Positions 1-11,293 of a stretch of 64,000 nucleotides of DNA are shown here, in pieces (positions within the stretch are counted from its first letter, which is position 1; every line of letters starts with the position of its first letter). Source of the DNA: Caecitellus pseudoparvulus (lineage: Eukaryota; Protista; Bigyra: Bicosoecida); NCBI GenBank assembly GCA_965644315.1, contig CBFFRQ010000029.1, positions 186,001-250,000 on the forward strand, written 5' to 3'. The notes below the pieces were generated by a model. It was given only the letters and a program-made list of their open reading frames with translations, did not search any database and was not told where the DNA came from. Both the position numbers and the translations under genes were made by a program.

Positions 1-1221
1 ACTCACTGGCAGTGTCGTCTGATGCTTCGCTTTTGCTGTCCTCTGTCCCCTCGTGCACCTGCTCAGAAGGCGCAGTGCCTGGAGTGGCTGGTGTGGTCTC
101 TGGCTCTCGAGTCGACGCATCCACTGCAGCGGCTGTCGCAGTGGAAGCGGGAAAGGACGTGGACACTGCCGCCTCAGCAGCTGCGGCCTCTGCTTCTGCT
201 GCCTCTGCCTCTGCCGCCAAGGCAGCTGCTCTCTCTTCAGCAGCCTTAGCGGCCGCCCTGGCAGCAGCTGACTTGGCCGCTGAGGCAGCGGCTGCAGCCT
301 CCGCTGCCGCCCGCCGCTGAGCAAGGCGCAGCTGGGCCGCACGCACTTGTGCCTCAACGCACAGTAGGCGCGCTTTGAGCGTCGCCGACGTGTCCAGGGA
401 CGCCTGCAGGCTCGCTACCAAGCTCGGCAGGTGTGTGTCTAGAGCCTCCCGCACCCGGCCCTGAGAGGCCCGAACCTGACTGAGGCCCTGCACCTGCTGG
501 TGCAAGGCAGTGCACAAGCTTGATGCAGAGTCATGCAAGGCTGTCTGGCTTGTGTGCAGGCTGTTGAGGGTGGAGTGTAGGGTGGTGCGGGTGGCGTTGA
601 GGGGGGGGAAGTGGTGGTCGGCGATGTGCCCAGGGGGCACGCTCGCCCCGCTTATGTCTACAGGAGGAGCAGGCGCCCGCACTGCGAACACTGATGCGAC
701 AGCTGCAGACAGGCGCTTGGAGTTGCTCTGCACGCTCTGCAGCCCTGCAGCGAGGCCACTGCGGATGCGGTGCAGCATGGCATCCCCCCCATCTTGTGGC
801 GTCCCTTCGGCAGGGCCACTGGGGCCAGTGGGCTTGGGGGCATGATCACTCGGAGGATGGTGCTCCTTTTGCTCTCCTGACTCAGCCTGGGGAAGAGGTG
901 GCGAGCTGGGGGCTGAGGCAGGCCAACCTGCGGAAATCGCTGCAGCGCCGCACTCACCGCACTGGGCCCGGCTGAGCTCCTGAATAGCAACGTCACTGGC
1001 CGCGTAGCAGCGCTGATCATGGACATTGCAGCCTCATGGTCCAGTTCCCGCACATCTGCACCCCCCACTGAACACAGACAGTGCTGGGTCGTCACGCCAG
1101 AGGAGGCTGCCAAGCCGCCAGGCTCCACCCGGCTGACTTCGTGCCCAGCTGCTGTCGTCTCAATGTGCAAACCGAGAGGGGAGGAAGCCAACTGCACCTC
1201 CACATCAGGAACGCCGGCCAT
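1..1221 (-). CDS. PDZ-domain protein with Ala-rich coiled coil (3' end beyond window start)
   Basis: ATG at 1221; exon 1 has a PDZ signature (SSPLGLHI...VSRVEPGGLAASSGV...SVGGADVRELDHEAAMSMISAATRPVTLLF). Phase-0 GTGAGT..CCAG intron at 957-887 (71 nt) joins an open frame running to about position 7, where another GTGAGT donor starts at 6. Confidence 0.75.
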
Positions 1222-1481
1222 CTCTGCTGTCCCGGGTTGTAGATGCCGTCCGTTCAAACTGCTCAAGCTTGAATGGTAAGGTGCTGCCCGCTGGGTCCAG
1301 GTCAGCTTGCCACGCTCGAGTGCGTTTGTGTCGGAAAGCAATAAAAACCAAGCGAAGCCGCACGCCAGGGCAGTTTGTTTCAGTTCTTTTTGTTCCCGCT
1401 GACTCCTGACCTTGCGGCTCAGCGTTGCTTGTTGGCAAGGAGCAGAGCTGGTCGAGGCGTTCAATTTCCGCGCGCGGTGTC
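1222..1481. promoter_or_regulatory. Short divergent intergenic region, probable bidirectional promoter
   Basis: 260 nt between opposite-facing ATGs (1221 minus, 1482 plus), locally more AT-rich. Function is inferred from position only. Confidence 0.4.
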
Positions 1482-3602
1482 ATGGCTGATGCGAGTTTTG
1501 ACGATGCAAAGGAGCTTGCGAACCTCCACGTGCCCAACCCCATCGTCATGATTCCATTGGATCATCTATCCCCGCTGCAGACACGCCAGCGGCCACTAAA
1601 GGGGCTGTTTGGTTCCAGGAAGCTTCCCCCTGCCGTTGCCAGGGATGTAGTGACACTGAGCGTTGCCCGGCAATTGGCCAGCGTGTGCTTGGAGCAGTTC
1701 ATGAAGCAAACTGCGACAGAGCAGACGCAGGAAGCCATTTCGTCGTACATTTCTCTGGCGCTGCCTTTTCTGAAGACTCACGCCCGCGCCCTGCGCAGCG
1801 CTGCACCTGGTGCTACTCCAAGTGAGTGCCACCTGCATTCCAAGCTGCCTGGGACAGAAGTCACCCTGCCTGCCCCCTGCTGCCCCACAGGCTTTACTTG
1901 GACTTCAGCTGTGGCCAGACCGGTGCATGGAGTGCCTGTCCGCCGGTGGGCCGTGGAAGGCCTCTCCTTCGACATTACCATGGCCTGCGCCGCTCTGGCC
2001 ATGACACGTGTGGACGTGGCGCGCAAGCAGCTGCGCAGCCGGGACAGCGCTGACAAGGCGGCGGCTGCCCGCTTGCTCTGGCTGCATCGCAGCTCAGATG
2101 CCCCCCGTGCTGCCAAGCCACGCTTCAACCCCACAAAGTACAGCACCGAGTCGGTGGTGGCGGCGTCGCGCAACCTTCGTGCCGGCGCCGCGGCGCTGGA
2201 CTTTGCTGCGTTGCATGGATGGCCGGCTGCTGGACATCGACGCGGAAGTGCCACACCTCCAGATGTCGTGGGTGAGGTCCTGCTCGCCTTGCGCGACATT
2301 CTGCTGGCATCGGCGCAGGGCTGTGCCGCATTCAAAGCTGCCACGAGCAAGGCATCGGTGGGCGTGGTCGCCCGCCTGGTGGCAGGCATGGCCCAGCTGT
2401 TCTACAAGGCGTACCTTCGCCTGGGAGGGCTCAGGTTGGACACGGGCCGTAGCAGCCTGCCAGTGCCCGCGACGGCACCAAGTGTGTGTGAGTCTGAGGG
2501 CTCACCTGGTGTGCAGACTGCAGGGGTGACCTGGGACTCGGACTGGCGACTACCTCTGACTGGGGCACCGTCAGCGCCACCAACGACGCCGGCTGACGAC
2601 GCGGTCGGAGCTGCTCCCCACACCCAACTGGCGGAAGTGGAGCCTGGCATTCGGCAACATTGCGCCACCTCTGCCTGCCTGTGCAAAGCACTTGCCCACA
2701 AGTTTCACACGCTGCATCTGCGCAAAGAGTGCAGAGCCACGCTGGCGGCGAAAGGCGGGGATCCTGCCCGCTGTGCAGAGCTCGCCTCCAGTGCTGCTGC
2801 CCACGCGCGGCAGGCAGAGGTTTGGATGCTGCGCACTCTTCACATGTACGACGTGAATTACGAAACGGACGCCTCCCACCCCCTCGTATCTCAGCTTCGA
2901 GGTATCCAGCGCATGCTCCGAGCCACCCAGGCCGAATGCCTGGACGTGTTCTCGACGCCACCTGCAGAGTGGGGTGGGGCACTCCCCACGGCGTTCATCA
3001 TGACTGTTCCGGATCATGCCTGGCCACCTCCTGGGCCTGTTATGGACTTGACAATGCCTCCTCCACCCCCTCAAGCACCCCCTCCCCCACAGGCCCCCCC
3101 TCCAAAGCGGAGAGCAGTTCAGAGTAGCAGTGGAAGCCCTGTCGCCACTCCAGCGCCACAGCTGCCAGGCACCGCACAGAATGAGGGAAGTGGGCTCAGT
3201 CAGGCAGACGAGGAGCAGCCCAGCACACAGCCCAGCCAGGCAGACGCGGAGCAGCCCAGCACACAGCCCAGCCAGGCAGACGCGGAGCAGCCCAGCACAC
3301 AGCCCAGCCAGGCAGACGCGGAGCAGCCCAGCACACAGCCCAGCCAGGCAGATGCTTCCGCAGCAGGGAGGGAGCCAGGCGATGCAGGTACAAGCAAAGC
3401 ACAAGCAATGGCCGATGTGGAACAATTTTTGCCAGGCTTGACGCAGCTTTATGCATCTTGTGCTGCATCGGAGGTCGAGGCAGGAGGTGAGGAAGGCGCT
3501 GCGCGTGAATCTGCCTCCCCAAATCGTGCAGGTCCGCAAGTGAAGGTGGGGGGTTCAAAGCGGCCCCGAGAAGTTGAGCACGAGGCCCCAGGGGGAAGGT
3601 GA
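1482..3602 (+). CDS. BRO1-domain (BROX/ALIX-like) protein with Pro-rich and repeat tail
   Basis: ORF 1425..3602, first ATG 1482. BRO1-like motifs: FTWTS, LSFDITMACAALA, RNLRAGAAALDF, PPDV..EVLLALRDILLASAQ, VVARL...MAQLFYKA. Probable in-frame intron 1822-1890 (GTGAGT..CACAG, 69 nt). Confidence 0.7.
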   Translation: MADASFDDAKELANLHVPNPIVMIPLDHLSPLQTRQRPLKGLFGSRKLPPAVARDVVTLSVARQLASVCLEQFMKQTATEQTQEAISSYISLALPFLKTHARALRSAAPGATPSECHLHSKLPGTEVTLPAPCCPTGFTWTSAVARPVHGVPVRRWAVEGLSFDITMACAALAMTRVDVARKQLRSRDSADKAAAARLLWLHRSSDAPRAAKPRFNPTKYSTESVVAASRNLRAGAAALDFAALHGWPAAGHRRGSATPPDVVGEVLLALRDILLASAQGCAAFKAATSKASVGVVARLVAGMAQLFYKAYLRLGGLRLDTGRSSLPVPATAPSVCESEGSPGVQTAGVTWDSDWRLPLTGAPSAPPTTPADDAVGAAPHTQLAEVEPGIRQHCATSACLCKALAHKFHTLHLRKECRATLAAKGGDPARCAELASSAAAHARQAEVWMLRTLHMYDVNYETDASHPLVSQLRGIQRMLRATQAECLDVFSTPPAEWGGALPTAFIMTVPDHAWPPPGPVMDLTMPPPPPQAPPPPQAPPPKRRAVQSSSGSPVATPAPQLPGTAQNEGSGLSQADEEQPSTQPSQADAEQPSTQPSQADAEQPSTQPSQADAEQPSTQPSQADASAAGREPGDAGTSKAQAMADVEQFLPGLTQLYASCAASEVEAGGEEGAARESASPNRAGPQVKVGGSKRPREVEHEAPGGR
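3201..3356 (+). repeat. 36-bp coding tandem repeat, about 4.3 copies (QADAEQPSTQPS)
   Basis: Unit caggcagacgcggagcagcccagcacacagcccagc repeated nearly perfectly; the first copy has one substitution. Confidence 0.95.
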
Positions 3603-5302
3603 TCACCGCGAAGCTGCCGCCCAGGCGCGAGCTGCCGACCAATGCAGACCGATGTTCAGATCAGCTCTGACGACACCCTGTGTTGGCACTTGGTCAGCGC
3701 CAGGGGGTAAAAAGCAGTACGTGGCAAGGGAGGCATCATGTGGCGCTGCTTCGACCACTGCTGCAGTCACAGGCAAGTCTGCTTGGTCCATGAGGCTGTG
3801 TAGCCCTGATGGGAAGCTCGTGTGCGGCAAGGAGCTCTGAACGCGGAGCCCAGCGTTCAGCAAAGCTTGGCGAGTGCTGGACGTGAACAGGGCCTGCGTG
3901 GCTTGCATGACCTCCTCGTCCATCTCTTCAAAGGCATCTGCAAGGTCTGACCCAGCGTCGGCCAAGTGCTCCTGCCAGTCAGTCCAGGCTTTGCGCAAGT
4001 CCAGCTTTGCACCGTTGTGCTCACGGTCGGCGAGAGGCTTCAACACTCGATCTTGCATGAACGCACGCAGCCACTGCACTGCATCTGCCACATCTTTATC
4101 TTGTGGAGCTGCTGCAAGGTACTCATCGCATAGGCTGTGCATGTGCTGCCGGCTTGCTTGCAGCTCTGCAGCGACAGATTGAGCATCGTTGCCGTTGCTC
4201 ACCGGCCATTCCACAAGGTCAATGGCTTCGGAGGGTGCTGATGCTGAGCGCTGCGTCAGGGGATCTTGTGCAAGTAAGGCAACGCCTGGATCTCGAAGCC
4301 ACTCGTCATGCAGGCCGCTGGGCCCCAACCACCCAAATCGTCCGGCTTTGGACAAAGCACGTACAACGCCGCTTGCCTCAGCTGCCGAGTGGGTCGTAAT
4401 GGGCATGGCGAGCGCCTTGAATGAAGGCTGACGAAGCAGACCCTGCAGTGAGCTAACGGGCAGCTGCAGGGGTGCAGATGGAGTCAAGCAGGTGCTAGAC
4501 AGGCCCATGCCGCCAATGCTGCCGACTTGAGCCAGGTGCTGCAAGGCGTCTCCAGCTTGCTCCAGAGCCGCCTGAGTCTGTGAAAGACTCCAACGAAGCA
4601 CATCAGCTGGAGTGTCATGCAGGGATTCCCGGCCGCCTGTGGCTTGCCAGGCGTTGAGGTGGTGCACTGCAAAGTCCTCCGGACTGCACAGCACAGGCAC
4701 CAGGCTGTCACGGCAGCTGGGCGGCAGCTGCGAAGACACGCCCTCCAGCTGCCGCTGCAGCAAGGTGGGGTCGTACGAATGCCACACACCACTGTCTGGT
4801 CCTCCTACACTGAAGTTCGGGGAAAGGCGGAGCTCTCTTGCGGGTTTCGGGGGACTGTCGAAGCCAGCGCACTCACGTCACTGTGTGGCTTCCAGAGGAG
4901 TGGGACTGCCGCAGTTGAGCTTCATCAAGCCCGCCTACCAGCGCCTTCCCGTCCACAAACGAGAACACTCCAAGGTTAACGAAGATGGTCCTGTGCCAGC
5001 CGCAAGTTGGGCAGTGCAGTTTCAGGTGCGGAAATTGCTTGCAGATCCCTCGCGCACCCTTTCCACTGCATGTCGGTCAGCCAGGCGCAGACATCGCTAA
5101 AACCCGAGGAAGCTGGCGCTAACAGCATGGATGTGACTTCACCTGCAGCTAAGTGCTGGCAGGTCTTGTGGGTGAGGTTCACCGTGTCCAGGACGAGTCG
5201 CTGCATGATTGCTGGGGGCAAGACTTCTGCTGTATTGAGAGTTGCCTTGGGGAAGAGCAGTGCCACCTGGCGATGCTGAGGTTGATGCATGCGCCGGCAC
5301 AT
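3603..5302 (-). CDS. Divergent aldo/keto-reductase-like (TIM-barrel) protein; start uncertain (ATG 5302, 5290 or 5206)
   Basis: Exons joined by introns 5057-4991 (67 nt) and 4876-4810 (67 nt) give ...QWKGTIFVNLG...GVWHSYDPTLLQRQLEGVSSQL...VLCSPEDF...ALEQAGDALQHLAQVGSIGGMGLSS. This resembles the AKR pattern H...P..LR.QL..S...L..LLHNPE...AF.ALE.....G.I...GVSS. Confidence 0.5.
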
Positions 5303-5353
5303 GACGGCCACCTTCCAGAATATGGCATGCACACCTAAATTGGGACGAGGTGT

Positions 5354-6272
5354 TCATGAGGGATCACTGCCGCCGTGGGGAAGCACACGTGTGTCCTTGC
5401 CATAGTGGTACGCAAGCATGTCTTCTGGGTACTCTGCTTCGACCCAAGCGGTATCCCACGTCCAGCCCTGCTGCGCAGAGCCGCGCAAAGAGCACTGCTG
5501 TCTCATTTTGGCCCAAGCAGCCCATGGTGCAGACTGCGGAAGCGCAACACCGGGGCTGAGGGGAACGGCAGGCGGCTCAACACTTGCGTCCAGCGCAGAA
5601 AGGAGGGAGGCTCTCAACACTTTCTCTGTGGCGGCCGGAATCGGGCTGCTGGGAGGGTCTGGCTGTGGCTTGCGCCACTCCACTTCCTTGAGGATGATAA
5701 CACTCCGAAGCGCAAACCACGGACCGACATCCGGATGTAGACTCAAGTACACGTCGGTATTGTGATGTGCGAGGCCAGTGGAGTGTGCCAGCCGCTGCAT
5801 GGCCACCAGGCGGCCCTGTCCTGTCTCGAAGCCATACCTCACCTCCACTGTACTGCCTGGCGTCGATGCCGTGCTCGCAGCGGCAGTGGCCACCTCGGAC
5901 GTCGCACTCATGGTCCATACATCAATGGGGTGACTAGGAAGACATCCATGCTGCCTTATTTCCTTGCAAAACACAGGCCACAGCTCCTTAGTGTTCCCTG
6001 CGGGGGTATGCTCGTTTGGAATGCCAACACGAAACGCGGGCGAAACGACGCAGCCTTCGCGTACAGAGCAGCAAGCCAAGACATCCGGGGGGACCAGGGA
6101 GTGCGAGATCTTCATCAACTGCACCATTGTACCACGTGATATCGAATGGGTGCACTCTCATGCCCCACCGCAGCGCTGTGTCGCGAGCTGCGGCAACAAT
6201 GGCCGTAGCATTTCGCTTGGGTAGGTTTGGCAGCCGGCCGAGGCCTGCCTTGGCAGCTGTAGCGGCAGCCAT
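5354..6272 (-). CDS. MMACHC: Cobalamin trafficking/processing protein CblC (MMACHC family)
   Basis: Exon 1 (ATG 6272) has GMRVHPFDITWYN..LALPGP (compare human GFEVYPFQVAWYN..HLPLPGP). Intron 6064-5998 (GTACGC..GCAG, 67 nt). Exon 2 has HPID, LVAMQRLAHSTGLA, LSLHPDVGPWFALRSVII and YPEDMLAYHY. Confidence 0.85.
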
Positions 6273-6545
6273 GGTCCAGGCGTGAGCGGGCAACACTCAG
6301 TTCTTCGATTGTACTCCACTGTGGAGGTCTTTCAAAACTGAGAGTTTTGATGGAGGGGGGCATTGGCCCACGCAATCTCGGGCAGCGCAGCAAGTGCAGC
6401 AGACGGCCACACCATGCACATGCATTTCACGCAATCAAGACGAAAGACTGGCAGAACTCCAGGAATGCAAGTATCCTATACCACCCCTCCATGACTTGTC
6501 CAACTCAGGGGTCCCCAGGAGCTGCTGCTGTACGATCTGCTCTGG

Positions 6546-9500
6546 CTACACTTGGCTCTGAATCTGGACTGATTGACGCCTCACGTCAGCTGCCTCTCGA
6601 GGGGGCCCAATGGAGTACGCTGGCACGCCGTAGGCAGCTGAGCTTTGGATACGGCGCAAGGGATTGTGGCCAAGTATTCGCAGCGGAGACTCCACTGCTG
6701 CAAGGACTGGGCTCGTCGAAGCCGCACTTGACTCGGACCTGGCTCTGCGACGTGGGCTGTCAGGAGCAATGAGCACTGCGCCAGGCGGAAGGCGAGCGGG
6801 CGATTCTTTACCGGAGCTCCCACTTGCCATCACATCCTTTCGACAAAGTGGGCACGTGGTGTGGTCGACCATCCACTTGTCAACGCACTGCCAATGGTAG
6901 TAGTGTTGGCAGGGAAGGAGGCGCAGGGTGTCATCTACTTCGAACTCGCAAAAGCAAATGCTGCACGACTGCTCGCCCCCTTCTTTGCCTGCACGTTCTG
7001 CGCCAGAGAGTGCGAGGTTGGGAAGGTTGAAGAGGGGCATCACCTCTAGCACAGCCAACGGAACACCTTGATGGTCGCGCAGCTGGCCTAGTGGAGAACT
7101 GGCGCTCGCTCGGCGGATCCACACAGCAAAAGCGATGAGAAGAAGAACGAGGAACACCGACCCTGTGCTCAATGAAACCAACAGGTTTGCCTCTTGACTC
7201 CCAGCGAGTGCAGATTCCCTGTGTGAGAACGCTACCGCCACGCCTCCGTGGAACGGGAGCGACAGGGTGGAGGAATTGGCGCTGTGCAGCATGCTGAGAG
7301 AGACGACATCACCAGGTCGTGTCCTTGTTGAAAGCACCACAAAGGCATGCTGGGCGCCGCAATCTGAAAGCATGTTTGGCTGGGAGTTCCACTCTGCAAG
7401 GCGCACCGCTCGCATGGAGCAGTTGTGCGACTGCGTACCCTGCACAGTTGAAAGCGGTTTGGAGTTCACAGCCGCCTGCAGACTGATAAAGCTAGGGAGG
7501 GAAATGTTCAGACTGATGTAAGTTAGGAACCCCTGAGCCGCTGCTTGTGCGAGCTGAGTTGGGACCGTCATTTGCCACTCACAATCTTCCATCTGCGCGG
7601 GCACGAGCACTTCCTTGTCTGCCCGCCCAGCGGTGGCCCCGATCTCAAACTCCCCTTCATTTCCCAAGAATCGAGCGATGAACTTCCTTTGCTTGGACTG
7701 GTCTTGCGTGATTGCGATGCCCTGCTTCGCGCACCCAAGCGGGCATTGCTGTCCGTACGCGATGGCTCCACCCTGTGCTGGCCCTGAGCAGGACCGCAGG
7801 GCCACCGCTGAGGCCATGCAGTGTCCCTCATGAGCACCTGGCACTTGACACCAAGTACACCCAGGGGTTCCTATGCACGTGCCGCAGGCCCTTGCCTGGC
7901 TACACGCGAGTTCCGTCGGGAAGCACTGGGGGAGCGTCAGGGTCGAAGCGTTCAGCTCACGAGGCGGTGCTGCAGGGCCCCACAAGCTGTTGATGGAAAC
8001 ACTAGGAATGACCAACACACTCGAAAGATGAGCAGGGAGCACTGTTTGCACTTCACACGGCGAAGTGAAGGAGGCTGAGTTGGAAACAGCCGGGCGGCAA
8101 GTGTGGCTGTTCCAGCACCACGCACAGCCTGGAACACTTGCGCATGCATCACACCCCGAGGCTGCAGCATCACAGGCGTGAATCACCCCAGGGGCCGCAT
8201 GCACTGCTAGCACCCCTGTGCACGGCAGCGCCCCGTCTGTGAACGCCGGCCCTTCCACGGCTCCACACCGGGAACCTGCCCCGCCAACGCTGGGCATCTC
8301 GCACCACCCGCAAGCTTGGTCTTGCAGGCATGTTGAGTTGCTCGTGTAGGTAGAGCATCGAGAGGCGGGGCATTGAGAAGGGGCCAGTCTGCGCATATCG
8401 CTAGGACACACCCCAAGTGTGCTGCTATTGGACGTCCTCCCGGCAAGATCCTCACAGCGTCCGCGCCCAACTTCACACCAAGCACAGTCTGGCCGCGCAG
8501 AGCAAGCTTCGCAGCCGCTCAGCACGTTGCACTCAACAGGACATGTTGGGCGCGCAGGGCTGTCGTGGTGGTGGAGCATGCCTCGTTCGCAGAGGGTCGG
8601 AATGGTGGGAACGGGCCCCTGCGGGCCTCCTTGCACACAAGCGCTGCGCGTGCTGCACCATCCACAATGGGCCAGCTGCAAGCATTGAGAGCATGTGCTC
8701 GCCAAGCTACAACGCTGAAGATTATGTAGCACTGCTTCGTTTGGGAAGCCTGTTGCTTTCCAGTGGTCACGGCTGATTGGCAGCATGGCCTGGACACCTC
8801 CGAAGGCAAATTGGCCGCCGAGCATGCTGAGGCTCCGGATTCCGACTGCCCCAAAGACTGAAGCCTCTGAAATGTCTGGATCCAAGATCCCGCTGGCTAT
8901 TGTTCGTGTAGACACTGTGTCAGCGCCGAGGACCTGCCCTGTTGCTCGCTGCAGTTGCTCAACCTGGACACCCTTGGTCAACGCAGCCGGGCACAGCGAC
9001 CCCCCAGGCGCAAGGTCTGCAGCACAGGCCTCTGCCTCTGCCTCAGAGAAGGCAATGAACAACGAAGCAATCCACTGACTGGGTCCTGTACTCTCTAGCG
9101 TGCAGAGTAGCCTGCTCTCCAGCATCGTTGCAGGGATGCCAGTTCGCCGTGCAACCACTCTCGCAGCAGCGCCCGTCACTGCGGAGCTCTTCAAGGTGTA
9201 TCCGGGGACCTCCAGCTCAGCCACTGCCTGAATAAGGATTCCTGGAATCACCGTGCATGCAAGGCCCAATGTGGGGTGCTTTCCAAGCCCATTGCAGAGG
9301 CACCGGCCTGACTCCACGTCGCAGGTGCCGACTCCGTTGCACTGGGCGTTCGCTGGACGCAGGCCTCTGGGACACTCAATAGCTGGCTGTGTTTGCACTT
9401 TCACAAGCCTGGAAAGAGACAGTTTGCGTTCGTTGACGTGGAGGAATCTGACCCACTGTGAAGCGCCAGGCACGAGGCCGCTGACTCGTGCTTGGATCTG

Positions 9501-11293
9501 TCCCCCAGCCAGCAGCTGCACATCAAAGCTAAGCTGCCTTTTCAGAACCTCAGGCCCAAAGGAAGTGACCTTGAAATGGTCAAGGTCTTCCCAATCGTGG
9601 GGGGGCTGCCAGCGAGCACATGCCTGTGTTGCCCCCGGGGGCCCACACAACGTCACGTTCAGCCACGTCGCGTGCCTTGCGCAGCTTGCATCGAATGGGC
9701 CTCCTGGTGGACCTAGGAGGAGGACACTGCCTCCAGACATGGAGCCACCAGCCGCACTTGAGCTGTCACCTACACACAATTCGCAGCCGGCTGGAGTGTC
9801 AGAGCCCCCGGATTCCTTTCGAGTCCCATGTGGACAACGTCTGCACAGCAACTCCTCGCCCGCGCGACTAGGCACTGAGTCTCCCTCACACAAGGGGAGT
9901 GGAAGCAGGGAGATGCTTCCCGGTCGATGCCCTTCACTTCCCAGAAGTACGACTTCAGATCTCGTCGTTGCGACATGCCTGATTGCAAATGTGAAATTGT
10001 CTGGGAACAGCTCCCCCACTTTTACAGGCCCAGTGCAAGCTACGTGGAGTGGGAACCAGCCACCAGAACCAACGAGAGTGCAGCTGTACAAGTACAAGTC
10101 AGCCAGTTGTCCAAGACTCAACACCAAGCTGAGCTGCACCAGCTGAGGTGAGTCCATCGTTTCCCGGAGGCTCACCAGCCCATTTTCGGCAGTATCTGGG
10201 ATGTCCAGGTGTGCTACAGGCAAGAAGTCTGGGGTGGTTTGCCTCCAGGAGCCATTTCCAGCTGAAGTAATCGCCACTACTGTCATGGTGGTGAAGTTCG
10301 CACCAGAGCGCACCGGGCCGAGCAGGTGGATGCTGTTCAAAGTGCGAGCAGTTGCCTGCCTCCAACCCATCAATAGAATGCTTCCACCATGAGCGGCTAC
10401 CAAATAGGGAGGGGGACGAGTCAGGAATGTTCCGATGAAAGGTGTGGTGCAGCTGAGCTGAATGTACTGTGACTGCATCGCCTGCGAGGCGCCGATGGCT
10501 GCGGATGAATAGCCCATGCAGCTGGTTGGAGCTGCCCCCCACAGTGGCAGTGGTCTGGAAGTATTGAATGTGGTCTTCGACGACAGCACGCCAACACTCA
10601 ACTCGACCAGCATCACCCCAGCCGCGCAAGCGATTGCAGCCCGCCTGAACCTGGTATCATGTGTTCGAAGCCACTCGCCTTGGCATCCGGAGCTTGGCAC
10701 CGGGAAGCTGAGAGCATTGATAGCCTCCCAGCTGCTTCCATTGTTTACTAGCAAGGACACAGTAGCAAGGGATGCTTGGTCTGCGATGTTGTCGTTCTCA
10801 ACCACAAGTACAAGCTTCTGGCCAGGTCTCAGTGTTGTGATCTTGGCGCTTGATACGGGACCTCCGTTGGTTCGGATGCTCAGGGGGGATGGCACACCAT
10901 TGATCCAAACGTGCACCATCGAGTCAAAAGACACGGCCATGGCAGCTCCGTCAACTGCAACTTGCCTTGGCAGTCCCTGGGAAACGCCAGCAACCCACAC
11001 CACACCCCGGCTTCCGACTGAGTCCAGCCAACGCGTTTCCAATCCACAGCTGATTCCCAGCGAAGCGCCACCTCCATCTCCAGCAAATGCAGTTTGACTG
11101 CAGGCTGTCTGATTATTGCAGTAGTTTATGTGGAGTGGGCCTGTGACAAACGCTCCGAGAGTCACTGCGCTCCAGCGGAGGGATTGGCTCATGCACACCG
11201 TCACTCACTGACGGTAAAGTTTTGGGCTGCCCTGATTAGTGCAAGGGGCTGAGTCAATATTGTTGTCACTAGCAAGAGCAAGGCTTGTCGCAT
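6546..11293 (-). CDS. Type I membrane receptor-like E3 ligase: signal peptide, beta-rich N-terminus, EGF, 5x PSI, CUB-like, TM, RING-H2 (about 1560 aa)
   Basis: Signal-peptide exon 11293-11209 (MRQALLLLVTTILTQPLALIRA); intron most likely 11208-11141 (68 nt). EGF: CNGVGTCDVESGRCLC. Five CxxC...C(G/A/T)WC PSI repeats. TM: LLVSLSTGSVFLVLLLIAFAVWI. RING-H2: CSICFCEF...LLPCQHYYHWQCVDKW...CPLC (6965-6843). Confidence 0.85.

Noticed and set aside
3201-3356. 36-bp repeats as a CRISPR array
   Set aside because: Head-to-tail with no spacers, in frame within a eukaryotic CDS, and no cas genes.
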